This document shows, piece by piece, positions 52,036 through 60,868 of a DNA stretch of 64,000 bases. The DNA is from an uncultured Planctomycetota bacterium (lineage in GTDB: Bacteria > Planctomycetota > Phycisphaerae > Tepidisphaerales > Tepidisphaeraceae). The stretch covers positions 1,344,001 through 1,408,000 of the forward strand of contig CAWJEN010000006.1 of assembly GCA_963841915.1 (NCBI GenBank), in the 5' to 3' direction. Positions within the stretch are counted from its first letter, which is position 1. Each line of letters starts with the position of its first letter. The notes under the pieces are model-generated. The model saw only the letters and a list, made by a program, of their open reading frames with translations, ran no database searches and was not told the origin of the DNA. The position numbers and the translations under genes were made by a program.

Positions 52036-52989
52036 ATGAAACGAGTGTCCGTAGTGTCGCCCGTGCCCAGCGTCTGCACCATCTTCAATCCCGCCAGCGG
52101 ATCGGCCGACGACGCCGACGCCCTGACCGCACTCTGCGAACGCAACGGCGAGTTCTGCAAGACGGGCAAGATCACCGACGCCCACGACAAAGCCGCCGAC
52201 GCCGCACGCGATGGCGTCGATATCCTGGTCGTCGCAGGTGGAGACGGCACCGTCAGCGCTGCGGTCAGCGGCCTCATGCGCGCCCGCGACGCAGGCGTCG
52301 AAACGTCACCCGCCCTACTCGTCGTGCCGCTGGGGACGGGAAATGACCTGGCCCGCACGCTCGGCCTGCCGCTCGACCCGGTCGAAGCGCTGGACCTGCT
52401 CAACAAGCCGACGAAGCGAAGGCCACTCGACGTCATGCGGTGGCGGCTCGACAAGGGCAACGACACCGACGGCGGCTTTGCCGTCAACGTCCTGGCCGGT
52501 GGATTTTCGTCTAAGATCCAGTCCTCACTCACGCCGGAAATGAAGAGTCGGTGGGGCCCACTCGCGTACATGCGGGCCGCCTTGAGCGAGGCCAAACGGC
52601 TTCAACCGCACACGCTGCACCTCCGCATCGACGACGGCGAACCGATGGAACGCATCGCCTGGAATGTCGTCATCGCAAACGCCCGCTATGCAGGTGGCGG
52701 CATCAGCGTCGCCCGTGAGGCCGACCCGTCGGACGGACAGCTCGATCTGGTCCTGACGACGCCCGGCTCGCTGGTCGATATCGCCGCCCTTTCGGCACGG
52801 CTGATGGTCGGCGAAGTCGAGGAAAGCGAGCTGACCGAGCACCACGTCGGCCGCAAGTTTGAGCTGTGGGCCGAGCCGGACCTGCCGTTCAATGTCGATG
52901 GCGACATCGTCGGGCAGGGCCGCCTGTCCGTCGAAATCGTGTCGGCGGCTCTCACGGCCGTCGTGCCGGTTGAACCGATCGAGCACTGA
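52036..52989 (+). CDS. Diacylglycerol/lipid kinase family protein (YegS/DagK-like)
   Basis: FNPASG, AGGDGT, PLGTGNDLAR, NARYAGGG and NVDGD motifs. Start approximate. Confidence 0.92.
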   Translation: MKRVSVVSPVPSVCTIFNPASGSADDADALTALCERNGEFCKTGKITDAHDKAADAARDGVDILVVAGGDGTVSAAVSGLMRARDAGVETSPALLVVPLGTGNDLARTLGLPLDPVEALDLLNKPTKRRPLDVMRWRLDKGNDTDGGFAVNVLAGGFSSKIQSSLTPEMKSRWGPLAYMRAALSEAKRLQPHTLHLRIDDGEPMERIAWNVVIANARYAGGGISVAREADPSDGQLDLVLTTPGSLVDIAALSARLMVGEVEESELTEHHVGRKFELWAEPDLPFNVDGDIVGQGRLSVEIVSAALTAVVPVEPIEH

Positions 52990-53070
52990 GGCAGCACCAG
53001 AAGGTCGCAACTGTGGCGACTTCTCCTGCATTGACCTGGAAACAGAGCAAACAAACTCGCCTGGCGTCAA

Positions 53071-53144
53071 TACACCCGGGAGGGCTCGAACCTCCAACCT
53101 TCGGCTTCGGAAGCCGACGCTCTATCCAATTGAACTACGGGTGC
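53071..53144 (-). tRNA. tRNA-Arg(CCG)
   Basis: GCACCCGTAGTTCAATTGGATAGAGCGTCGGCTTCCGAAGCCGAAGGTTGGAGGTTCGAGCCCTCCCGGGTGTA; anticodon loop TTCCGAA; CCA not encoded. Confidence 0.95.
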
Positions 53145-53174
53145 GACAAGAGTCAGCCGACACGGGCTATCTGA

Positions 53175-53246
53175 AGCGGATGATGAGATTCGAACTCACG
53201 ACCCTCACGTTGGCAACGTGATGCTCTACCACTGAGCTACATCCGC
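53175..53246 (-). tRNA. tRNA-Gly(GCC)
   Basis: GCGGATGTAGCTCAGTGGTAGAGCATCACGTTGCCAACGTGAGGGTCGTGAGTTCGAATCTCATCATCCGCT; anticodon loop TTGCCAA. Confidence 0.95.
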
Positions 53247-53289
53247 GGCGGTCAGCACTTTAGCCTCGTCGGAGCACTGGTCAAGTGCT

Positions 53290-54078
53290 TCACAGCCCAA
53301 CGATATTGAAGCCGCTGTCGACGTACAGGTTTTGCCCTGTCGTGCCACTGGAAAGGTCGCTCAGCAGGTACATCGCTGCCTTGCCCACTTCGTCGGCCTC
53401 GATGTTGCGCTTCAGCGGCGCTTTCTTCGTCGTGTGGTCGAACATCTCGTCGATCCCGCCGACGGCCATCGCGCTGAGCGTCCGCACGGGTCCTGCCGAG
53501 ATCGTGTTGACGCGGATCTGCCGCTCGCCCAACTCGTAGGCGAGGTAACGGCTCGTGCTTTCAAGGGCCGCCTTGGCGACGCCCATGACGTTGTAACCCG
53601 GCACGGCCCGGTCGCTGCCGAGGTAGGTCATCGCCAGCATGCTGCCGCCGTCGTTCATATGCGGAGCGACCCGGCGGGCGATATCGATGAAGCTGTACGC
53701 GCTGATGTCCAGCGCCTGGCCGAACACGTCCCGCGGCGTCTCGAGAAATTTGCCGACCGCAAGGTAATCTTTGTTCGCAAAAGCCAGCGAGTGGACGACG
53801 AAATCGACCTTGCCGAGTTCGTTCTGCACGCGCTCGAAATAGGCGTCCATGCTCGCGTCGTCGCTGACGTCGAGCTCGCCCAGGAACGCGTCGTCATACC
53901 CGCCAGCCGCCATGGCCTTGCGGGAGCGGTTCTGGAACTTCTCGCCCGGCAGGTTGCTGACGCCAAGCTTGGCGCCGTGCTTCTTGGCTTGGGTGGCAAT
54001 GGCGTGGGCGATGGAGCGTTCGTTGGCGATGCCGAGAACGAGGCCGGTTTTTCCTTCGAGCAGTGACATGGTGGTCAA
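53290..54078 (-). CDS. fabI: Enoyl-ACP reductase
   Basis: GIANERSIA, VHSLAFA, YNVMGVAKAALE and ISAGPVRTLS motifs. Confidence 0.96.
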   Translation of the reverse strand: MTTMSLLEGKTGLVLGIANERSIAHAIATQAKKHGAKLGVSNLPGEKFQNRSRKAMAAGGYDDAFLGELDVSDDASMDAYFERVQNELGKVDFVVHSLAFANKDYLAVGKFLETPRDVFGQALDISAYSFIDIARRVAPHMNDGGSMLAMTYLGSDRAVPGYNVMGVAKAALESTSRYLAYELGERQIRVNTISAGPVRTLSAMAVGGIDEMFDHTTKKAPLKRNIEADEVGKAAMYLLSDLSSGTTGQNLYVDSGFNIVGL

Positions 54079-54397
54079 GGCTATGGGGTTTCGACCAGAG
54101 ATCGCAAAGACGCGGGAACGGAACGGGAGAGATGAGGAATGAGAGGCAGGGAGGCAGAGTGGCGAGCGACTGGAGGATGAGGCCGAGCCTCCGACGCCGC
54201 CCTCGTTCCTCGTTCGTCGCTTCCTGCGACTTTTCGCCGCAACCCTCGCCTTGTTCGGGGATGCTCTTCAACGGCGACCATCGTCGCTGCCGATCGCCCC
54301 GCCGCGACTTCTCGACTCCCTCCCCAGCGGCCCCCGCCTGGTGATCGGCGACATCCCGTTCGACCTCCCACCGCGGCCATGTCGCAGGAGCGTTGCC

Positions 54398-55582
54398 GTG
54401 ACCGATCAGATCGTTCAACCGTTCGTCGCCGCCCCCACCCCGGGCCAGCCCCGCCCACAGGCCAGGCCGTGGTACCACCTCATTGTCGAGTTCAACCCGT
54501 TCTACCTGCTGTCCGCCGTCGCGATGCTCTTCGGCGTCGGCACGCTGTCGAACCAGTCGACGTGGAACCCCGTCCCGCTCTCGCAGCTCATGCCGTTGCT
54601 CGGGGCGTTGCAGGTCTACGAGATCGCGATGCTCGCCGCCGGCGTCTGGCTGTACAAGCGGGTCGGGCCGCGGCGCGACGCCCTGCAGATCGTCGGCCTT
54701 GTCATGCTCTTCGCCGTCGACGTCTCGTTCCTGATGAGCGAGATCGCGACGAGCAACCTCGCCGTCGGGGCCGCGACCAGTGCCGGGCTGCTCGGCCTTG
54801 CCCTGCTCAAGGGCGGCGTCATTCTCGCGATCGTCCGCCCGATCCTGTCGGCCGCGACCGTCGCCACAGGCCTTGTCGGCCTCGTCGTCCTCCACGCGAC
54901 GCCCGTCCTGCTCACAGGGCTCGACGACGAGCACGGCGGCGTCACCCCGCTCACCTTCTACGCCCTCTGGTGGATCGTCGGCCTCAGCCCCCTCCTCCAC
55001 GACGCCTACGCCTGGTTCTGGCGTGACGCTAAGCCCCGCGGCGAACTGCACAGCAAGTGGTGGCCGCGCGTCATCGCCGGCCTGCCGTGGGTCAGCCTCG
55101 CGATCCACCTCGGCGTGCTGCACTACGTCTACGACCGCCCGTTCATGGCCCCGCACGCGACGCCGCTGCTCATCGGCCTCGCCCTCTTGCTCCGCCCGTA
55201 CGGCCCGGGCCTGATGCCCCTCCGCATCGCCCTGACGATCGTCGCCGCCCTGATCTCGCTGCCCGACCAGCCGCGGCTCGACGTGACGCTCGGCCCGATC
55301 GAGATCGGCCCCGACCTCCTCGGCCTCGCCGCCGCGTGGATGGCGCTCGCCTACGCCAACTTCCCGCGACTCGTCCCGATGTTCGCCGCGACGACGGTCG
55401 CCGCCGGCGGCTGGCGTCTCTTCGGCCCGACGTGGGACCAACTCGCCGCCGTCTTCCGCAGCCTGTGGAGTCTGGTCCCCCGCACCCGCCAATCCCTCGG
55501 CCTGACAGCGGTGATCGGCGCCTTCCTGCTCCTCCTCGCCGGCATCGCAACGAGCCTCCTGCACCGGCCGAAGGCGACGTGA
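54398..55582 (+). CDS. Polytopic hypothetical membrane protein
   Basis: GTG at 54398 with AGGAG RBS; about 11-12 TM segments; FNPFYLLSA motif. Confidence 0.75.
   Translation: MTDQIVQPFVAAPTPGQPRPQARPWYHLIVEFNPFYLLSAVAMLFGVGTLSNQSTWNPVPLSQLMPLLGALQVYEIAMLAAGVWLYKRVGPRRDALQIVGLVMLFAVDVSFLMSEIATSNLAVGAATSAGLLGLALLKGGVILAIVRPILSAATVATGLVGLVVLHATPVLLTGLDDEHGGVTPLTFYALWWIVGLSPLLHDAYAWFWRDAKPRGELHSKWWPRVIAGLPWVSLAIHLGVLHYVYDRPFMAPHATPLLIGLALLLRPYGPGLMPLRIALTIVAALISLPDQPRLDVTLGPIEIGPDLLGLAAAWMALAYANFPRLVPMFAATTVAAGGWRLFGPTWDQLAAVFRSLWSLVPRTRQSLGLTAVIGAFLLLLAGIATSLLHRPKAT
55405..55582 (+). repeat. Direct repeat copy A (3' end of the membrane protein gene)
   Basis: Closely similar to 57719-57905, including the stop codon. 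Confidence 0.9.
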
Positions 55583-55611
55583 CCGCTGGCGAACCGGAGG
55601 GCACCATCGAA

Positions 55612-55647
55612 TAGAAAATGTGCCGGCTCGCCTTCGCGAGCCGGCAC
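55612..55647 (-). terminator. Intrinsic terminator of the minus-strand cassette operon
   Basis: 12-bp stem GTGCCGGCTCGC/GCGAGCCGGCAC followed by ATTTTCTA on the minus strand. Confidence 0.65.
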
Positions 55648-55670
55648 GTCGTGTTGTCAACGGAAGTCGC

Positions 55671-56339
55671 TCAGGCCCTGCGACGCCGGAGCAGGACCAG
55701 CCCGCCCGTCGCGATCAAGGCCAGCGAGCTCGGCTCCGGCACAGCGGTGATGCGCAGTGACACCGGTGCGCTGCTGTCGAGTCGGCCGGCAACATCGTCG
55801 CGCAAATCGTGGGCGATCAACGTCAGGTCGTACGTGCCCGGAAGGAGGGAGAACAGCGTCTGGCCGTGCGGGTGGTAGCCGTTGTCGAAGTCGAGCAGCC
55901 GACCGGCGAGATCAGCGTCGGTGCGGGCGGTCTGCCCATCACCCATGTGCCCCGGAATGAGGAAGCCGATGACGTTGTCGGCCGAGCCATCCACCGCGGT
56001 CACGCCGGCAAGCTCGTAGCTGTAGTCGCCGCCTGCGAGTGGGTCGAAGGCGGCGCTGCTGTAGAAGTCGGTCGTCATCGTCCGTGCAGCGCCTCCGACG
56101 AAGCCGTCGAACGGGCCGCCGACCTGAGCGAACTCGAGCGGCGTGACCAGCGGCGAGCCGTCGAGGTTGACGAGCAGGTTGTTGTCACCCGTGAAGGTCG
56201 CGTCGGTGCCGTACGTGAGGATCTCGAGCGTGCCGTCGCCGTTCTCGTCAGCCAAGCTGATGTGCAGGTGAGCGGAGGCGACGCCGGCGAGACCGACAAG
56301 GGCGAGGGCAGAGGTGAAGAGGGAAATCTTGAAGTTCAT
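55671..56339 (-). CDS. PEP-CTERM surface protein with His motifs (putative metal-binding)
   Basis: Signal peptide ending ASA/HLH; GYHPHGQTLFSLLPGTYDLTL; VPEP-TM-RRRR tail. Confidence 0.85.
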   Translation of the reverse strand: MNFKISLFTSALALVGLAGVASAHLHISLADENGDGTLEILTYGTDATFTGDNNLLVNLDGSPLVTPLEFAQVGGPFDGFVGGAARTMTTDFYSSAAFDPLAGGDYSYELAGVTAVDGSADNVIGFLIPGHMGDGQTARTDADLAGRLLDFDNGYHPHGQTLFSLLPGTYDLTLIAHDLRDDVAGRLDSSAPVSLRITAVPEPSSLALIATGGLVLLRRRRA

Positions 56340-56363
56340 GAGTTTTGGGTAAGGCTTTGAGAT

Positions 56364-57044
56364 TTACTGCGAGTTGCGAGGGTCGAGCAGCGGGTGGTCC
56401 GCGCCGAAATCGGCTCGAAGGACTTTCCACGGCTCGGCCTCGACGTGGCCGTCGACAAAGAGGAAGTTGCTCCAGCCGGCGGGCTCGTTGCCGTGCCGTT
56501 CGACGGCGACGGACGAGCGAAGACCGGCGGCGGTTGTGACGCCGACCATGTGGACGTGATCACCAGGCAGATCACTTTCGACGACAAAGGCCGTCAGCGT
56601 CGGCTTGCGGATGTCCACGAGTTTGAGGAACGGACGGGTTCGCCCGCCCGGAAGTGTCGTGCCTGTGATCGGGTTGAAGTCGATCCAGGCGGTCAGAGGT
56701 TGCATGTAGTCGTTGGTCAGGTAGCTCGTCGTCGGCGACGGCGTGCGGTCGAGCCGCTTGTCGTCCGGGCAGAGCCGGACGTCGACGTCGATGCCGAACG
56801 GGACGAGCGTGTCGAGCCAACCGGTCGGACTCGCCGAGTGTGCGGCGAGCGGGAAGCGGCCGTCGTGGTCGCTCGCATACATCGCGACGCCCATGCCGAT
56901 CTGACGCAGATTGCTGAGGCAGACCGTGTTCTTACCCCGTTGCCGAGCGCTGTTGAGCGCTGGCAGGAGGATCGAAATGAGCAGCGCGATGATGCCGATG
57001 ACGACGAGCAGCTCCACAAGCGTGAAGGCGCTTCGCTGGTGCAT
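56364..57044 (-). CDS. Prepilin-type N-terminal cleavage/methylation plus H-X9-DG (DUF1559-like) protein
   Basis: AFTLVELLVVIGIIALLISILLPAL, CLSNLRQIG, LCPDD, DHVH and RH...SNFLFVDGHVE motifs. Start at 57044. Confidence 0.9.
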   Translation of the reverse strand: MHQRSAFTLVELLVVIGIIALLISILLPALNSARQRGKNTVCLSNLRQIGMGVAMYASDHDGRFPLAAHSASPTGWLDTLVPFGIDVDVRLCPDDKRLDRTPSPTTSYLTNDYMQPLTAWIDFNPITGTTLPGGRTRPFLKLVDIRKPTLTAFVVESDLPGDHVHMVGVTTAAGLRSSVAVERHGNEPAGWSNFLFVDGHVEAEPWKVLRADFGADHPLLDPRNSQ

Positions 57045-57109
57045 GGCAGGTTGTAAAAGGGCGTCGGAACACGACGCCGCAAAGGACCAAGGCCCTTGAG
57101 CAACGCCGC

Positions 57110-57532
57110 TTAGATCACGACAGGCAACGGCCCGATCGGGGGCCCACGCGCGTCGAGGACGCGTACGTCCTCGCACACATACGCGACAACGGGCGGCAAG
57201 GCCGGCACTTCCTCCACCACAACGGGCGGCGGCAGGACGAACACCAACGCCACCGCGACCGACATCCGTGCCGCGAAGTGGCAGACGGCGCAGTTGGCCT
57301 TGCGCTGCTCGCTCATCGGCTCCGGCTCGCCGTCGTTCGACGAGGTCGAGCTTGTAACGGAACAGCACCCGGCCAGGGCAGAGATGCCCGGCCGCCCATC
57401 ATCACGCGTTGCCGTGGGCGGGTCGTAGGTGCCGGGCAGAACGATCTGCCCGCGCGTGTGGCCGGGCACGATCATCAGCAGCCACACCGCCTGCCAGAGC
57501 AGGACGAGAATGTGCAGCGGACGTTTCCTCAT
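57110..57532 (-). CDS. DUF2946-like (CruR/CutF-type) leader protein with CxxC and RGPP motifs
   Basis: Signal/TM N-terminus, CC at 56-57, CAVCH at 81-85, Pro-rich segment, RGPP at 129-132. Confidence 0.7.
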   Translation of the reverse strand: MRKRPLHILVLLWQAVWLLMIVPGHTRGQIVLPGTYDPPTATRDDGRPGISALAGCCSVTSSTSSNDGEPEPMSEQRKANCAVCHFAARMSVAVALVFVLPPPVVVEEVPALPPVVAYVCEDVRVLDARGPPIGPLPVVI

Positions 57533-57580
57533 GCGGACCCGCTCATCGTACGAGATCCGCTTCGCTCTCGATCTTCACGG

Positions 57581-57667
57581 ATGTCGCAGCCACGCTTTGT
57601 CGCACCGACGACGGCCGGCACGCTCATGGCCTTGGCCGGCACCGCCCTGCTCCGCCGTCGGCGGTAG
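57581..57667 (+). pseudogene. Orphan PEP-CTERM tail remnant
   Basis: ...VAPTTAGTLMALAGTALLRRRR* with no upstream passenger domain. Confidence 0.5.
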
Positions 57668-57718
57668 CGGAAGCGACGTTCAAGCAGCCCTCGCCAGCCG
57701 CCGCCCGGCCTTCGCCGG

Positions 57719-57905
57719 CGGCGGCTGGCGTCTCTTCGGCCCGACGTGGGACCAGCTCGCCGCCGTCCTCCGCGGCCTGTGGAACCTGATCCCCCCACGC
57801 CCCCGTACCCGCCACGCCCTCGGCCTGACGGCGACCATCGGCGCCTTTCTACTCCTCCTCGCCGGCATCGCGACGAGCCTCCTGCACCGGCCGAAGGCGA
57901 CGTGA
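57719..57905 (+). pseudogene. Direct repeat copy B: duplicated 3' fragment of the membrane protein gene
   Basis: GGWRLFGPTWDQLAAV...LLHRPKAT*, with substitutions and a 9-nt insertion relative to copy A. Confidence 0.85.
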
Positions 57906-57950
57906 ACACGCTAGAATGGCTTCGGGGGATTCCGCTGAACGAGGCCGTTA

Positions 57951-58688
57951 ATGAACCACGTACTGAAGCATCACCTCACGATCATCGTAGTCGTGCTCGC
58001 GTCCGCTTGGCTGTCGGTGGGTTTTGCTGACGCTCAGGTGGCCGAGGACGGCGATCCTGGTGAGGCTCTAGCTGCAGAAGACACCGCATACCTCGCTTAC
58101 GCTGAGTGGGTGGAAAGCCTCGATGAGGGTTCGCCTCGCGACGCGGCCGGTGGGTTGCTCGTCTGCGGATTCGATGATGACTTCGCAGCCGTAATTCCCG
58201 ACAACGAGCAGGTGTCGACATCACGGAATATTGCCGAGGGCTACTGCCTCTTCTTCGCGGGCGTTCGGGCTTTCCAGCGAGAGGCCGACGGCCAAGTTGC
58301 AGTCGATCCGATGGCGATGCGTAACGAGCTGAAGCACGTCTCCGAAGTCGTCAGTCTGGACTCTGGCGATAGAGAGTTCGAGGCGACCGTGCACCACTTC
58401 ATCGCTCCCAACGGCTTCGTTGTCGCTGACATGACACAGGTGCAGGGCGATTGGAAACAGGTAGCTGCTTTGTCGGCGCTATATCAACAGCTCGGCCTCA
58501 CGCCGCAACAGGTCGATGTACGGGATCTCGGGCAGTTTTTGGCTCAACTCGGCATCTCGCTATCCGCGACAGCGGAGGGAATCGAGCAAGGCGATCTGAC
58601 GAAGGATGAGGGCCGTGCCAAGATGCAGTCGCTTCAATCGAGCTTGTTCCGCCGGTATTCTCGCAAAGCCGCTGACCGGCAAGAGTGA
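57951..58688 (+). CDS. Hypothetical secreted protein
   Basis: 245-aa ORF with a signal peptide (..GFADA/Q); visibly more A/T-rich than the flanks. Confidence 0.7.
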   Translation: MNHVLKHHLTIIVVVLASAWLSVGFADAQVAEDGDPGEALAAEDTAYLAYAEWVESLDEGSPRDAAGGLLVCGFDDDFAAVIPDNEQVSTSRNIAEGYCLFFAGVRAFQREADGQVAVDPMAMRNELKHVSEVVSLDSGDREFEATVHHFIAPNGFVVADMTQVQGDWKQVAALSALYQQLGLTPQQVDVRDLGQFLAQLGISLSATAEGIEQGDLTKDEGRAKMQSLQSSLFRRYSRKAADRQE

Positions 58689-58714
58689 TGAAGCAGGCTG
58701 TGCTGAAACACGGC

Positions 58715-58873
58715 CTACGAAGAAGCTCTCGGCCGGCGGAGGAGGTTGGGCGGGGTCGGCGGCGGGCGGACGACGCGGTCTCCGCAACGGCAGGATCAGT
58801 CGGCGTCGTAGACGCCCTCCCGCACGAGGCGGCCGAAGCTCGACCACGGCCACTTGTGCGGGCACGTCGCGAC
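58715..58873 (-). pseudogene. C-terminal remnant of a REP-associated tyrosine transposase (RAYT/TnpA-REP)
   Basis: VATCPHKWPWSSFGRLVREGVYDAD*SCRC matches the RAYT C-terminus (WPWSSF...GVY..DW), with W apparently mutated to TGA; abuts a REP doublet. Confidence 0.7.
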
Positions 58874-58882
58874 GCGGTTGCT

Positions 58883-58956
58883 CGGGTGCCACGACACGCA
58901 GTGTCGTGATGCGGCTGAGGACGCTTCAACCACGACACTGCGTGTCGTGGCACCCG
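58883..58956. repeat. REP doublet (REPIN-like)
   Basis: Perfect 26-bp inverted repeat CGGGTGCCACGACACGCAGTGTCGTG with a 22-nt spacer; each arm is internally palindromic (CACGACAC-gca-GTGTCGTG). Confidence 0.85.
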
Positions 58957-59122
58957 GCACCCGGCGTACGGATGTGCGGGGCTGGGGATTGGCGCATCGA
59001 CCGCCCGCGACACGCAGGCGCGGCGTCTTATCGCCGGGCATCGGCTCAACGGCCTGCCCGCCTCCAATGGCGTCGAGCCGCCGCCGCCCCGCCCCGAGTC
59101 CCGGCCGCCCGGAACCGTGCCA

Positions 59123-59164
59123 ACCTCATGTTGGCACGAGTCCACTTCATGTTGGCACGAGCCC
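59123..59164 (+). repeat. Tandem 21-bp repeat (2 copies)
   Basis: ACCTCATGTTGGCACGAGTCC / ACTTCATGTTGGCACGAGCCC. Confidence 0.7.
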
Positions 59165-59379
59165 ACCCGCCCGCGACACGAGCCCATGCCGGCCTGCCTC
59201 GATGCCCCGCGAGGGCGACACGAGGCCACCGCGGATGGACTCGAGCCCCTCCGACCGCGGCGGGATGACCAACGGTTTTACATCAACACATCACGACGGT
59301 TCCGCGATCCGCCAGCCTCTGTTGCATCCCATAACGCGCTGCGCCGCCAGCGTCTCCGCGGCGATCTCGCGCAGCAACG

Positions 59380-59626
59380 ACGCAAAGCCGCCGACCCGGC
59401 CGACTGGACGCTCGAGCGGCTGTCGGGCAAGACGACGATCAATCTGATCTACCCGAACCTCGCCGGCGAGACGACAGTGTGGGCCCGCTGCGCCTACCTC
59501 AACGGCCGCAACGAGACGGGCCCGGCGAGCCCGCCGGTCTGCGTCCGCCTCCCCGGCAACGGCCTCGTCGCCCCGGCGGGCCAACTCGGCGGCGACGCCG
59601 GGCAGCCGATGAAGATCGCGGCGTGA
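59380..59626 (+). pseudogene. Probable C-terminal fragment of a beta-sandwich (Fn3-like) hypothetical protein
   Basis: PADWTLERLSGKTT...VWARCAYLNGRNETGPASPP...MKIAA* has good coding pattern only in the 3' part; no credible N-terminus. Boundary approximate. Confidence 0.45.
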
Positions 59627-59746
59627 GGTTGGGGTGTCGGTGGAGATTCATGGCCAGCCGCGACCCGGAGGGTTGCGGCTGGCGTTCGTTTGGAGGGGTA
59701 GGTTCGTCTAATGCCGGTGGCTGACGCACACCCGGCTGCTGTTCGT

Positions 59747-60166
59747 TCATGTTCTTCGAATCACATATCGATTTCGTTGCTGCTTCATGTGGACCAGCAG
59801 TGCTTCGTAAGCCTCGTCACCAATCATGTAGGAGAACGTTCGTCGCATCTCGACGACGTCGCTGTAGGTGAACCAGCGTGGCATGTCTTCACGAGCGAGC
59901 TTAATCGTCGGGATCTTCTCATAGAAGCACGTCGCGACAGCGCTGAGCGGATCGTACGGAGGATTGTCGTTGCGACGGGCTCGTACACACCAGTCGGCGA
60001 AGGCATAGATGCGAGCGATGAGTGCTTCGTCACGCGGCTCCTTGCGATATGCGTCTTCAAAGGCAAATCCTATCTCGATCCAGAGCGACATCACCGAGTC
60101 CGCAGTATCGATCTCCTGCTTAAGCTCCGGCAGACGTTCATTCGCTTCCCTCCGCCAAAGAGCCAT
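59747..60166 (-). CDS. Hypothetical helical protein (possibly immunity-protein-like)
   Basis: 139 aa; WRREA...LWIE...RIYAFADWC...AVATCFYEKI; more A/T-rich than the flanks. Confidence 0.7.
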   Translation of the reverse strand: MALWRREANERLPELKQEIDTADSVMSLWIEIGFAFEDAYRKEPRDEALIARIYAFADWCVRARRNDNPPYDPLSAVATCFYEKIPTIKLAREDMPRWFTYSDVVEMRRTFSYMIGDEAYEALLVHMKQQRNRYVIRRT

Positions 60167-60256
60167 TGTGCCGATTATAGCTTTTCGCCATCGCTAATCG
60201 CGGCCGGCATTCGTTCCACGCCTAGGCCTTCCAAACGCCGACCGTACCCTCGCCCC

Positions 60257-60868
60257 ATGCTCATCGACCCGGCGGCGTTGGAACCGCGTGAGTTTTACCA
60301 GCACCTCACGCGCGTCGTCGTGCCCCGGCCGATCGGGTGGATCAGCACGACCAGTCCCGACGGCGTCGACAACGTCGCCCCCTACTCGTTCTTCAACGCC
60401 GTCTGCGCGAGGCCGCCGACCGTCTTCTTCAGCGGGAGCCGGGACCGCGACGGGAACCAGAAGCACAGCGCCCGTCATGCCTTGGCCCGCGGGGAGTTCG
60501 TCGTCAACATCGTCCAGGGCAAGCTCGGCGAGCGGATGAACGCGACCAGCGGGACGTTCGACGAGGACGTGAGCGAGTTCGACGCCGTCGGCCTGACGCG
60601 CGGGGCGTGCGAGGTCGTCGGCGTGCCGCGGGTGGCGGAGGCGGACGTGAGCCTGGAGTGCCGGGTCAGCAAGAGCTTCGACCTCGGCGACGGCGGGCCG
60701 ATGAGCGTGACGCTCGTCTTCGGCGAGATCGTGCGGATGCACGTCAGCGACGCCATCCTCGGCGACGACGGGCGGGCCGACCCGGACAAGCTCGACGCCC
60801 TGGGGCGGATGGGCGGGAGCGTCTACACGCGGACGCAAGACCGGCTGGACTACGAGCGGCCGGGGTGA
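60257..60868 (+). CDS. Flavin reductase-like (DIM6/NTAB family) protein
   Basis: VVPRPIGWIST, NVAPYSFFN, GEFVVNIV and LGRMGGSVY motifs. Start at 60257. Confidence 0.92.
   Translation: MLIDPAALEPREFYQHLTRVVVPRPIGWISTTSPDGVDNVAPYSFFNAVCARPPTVFFSGSRDRDGNQKHSARHALARGEFVVNIVQGKLGERMNATSGTFDEDVSEFDAVGLTRGACEVVGVPRVAEADVSLECRVSKSFDLGDGGPMSVTLVFGEIVRMHVSDAILGDDGRADPDKLDALGRMGGSVYTRTQDRLDYERPG

Noticed and set aside
53071..53246. tRNA genes as an integration site for the nearby accessory region
   Set aside because: No integrase and no duplicated tRNA 3' end seen; the flanks are housekeeping genes.
55405..57905. DGR template/variable repeat pair
   Set aside because: Differences are not confined to adenines, include an indel, and there is no reverse transcriptase.
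57905..60200. Integron cassette array
   Set aside because: The hairpins lack attC R''/R' boxes and there is no intI; REP-type elements explain them better.
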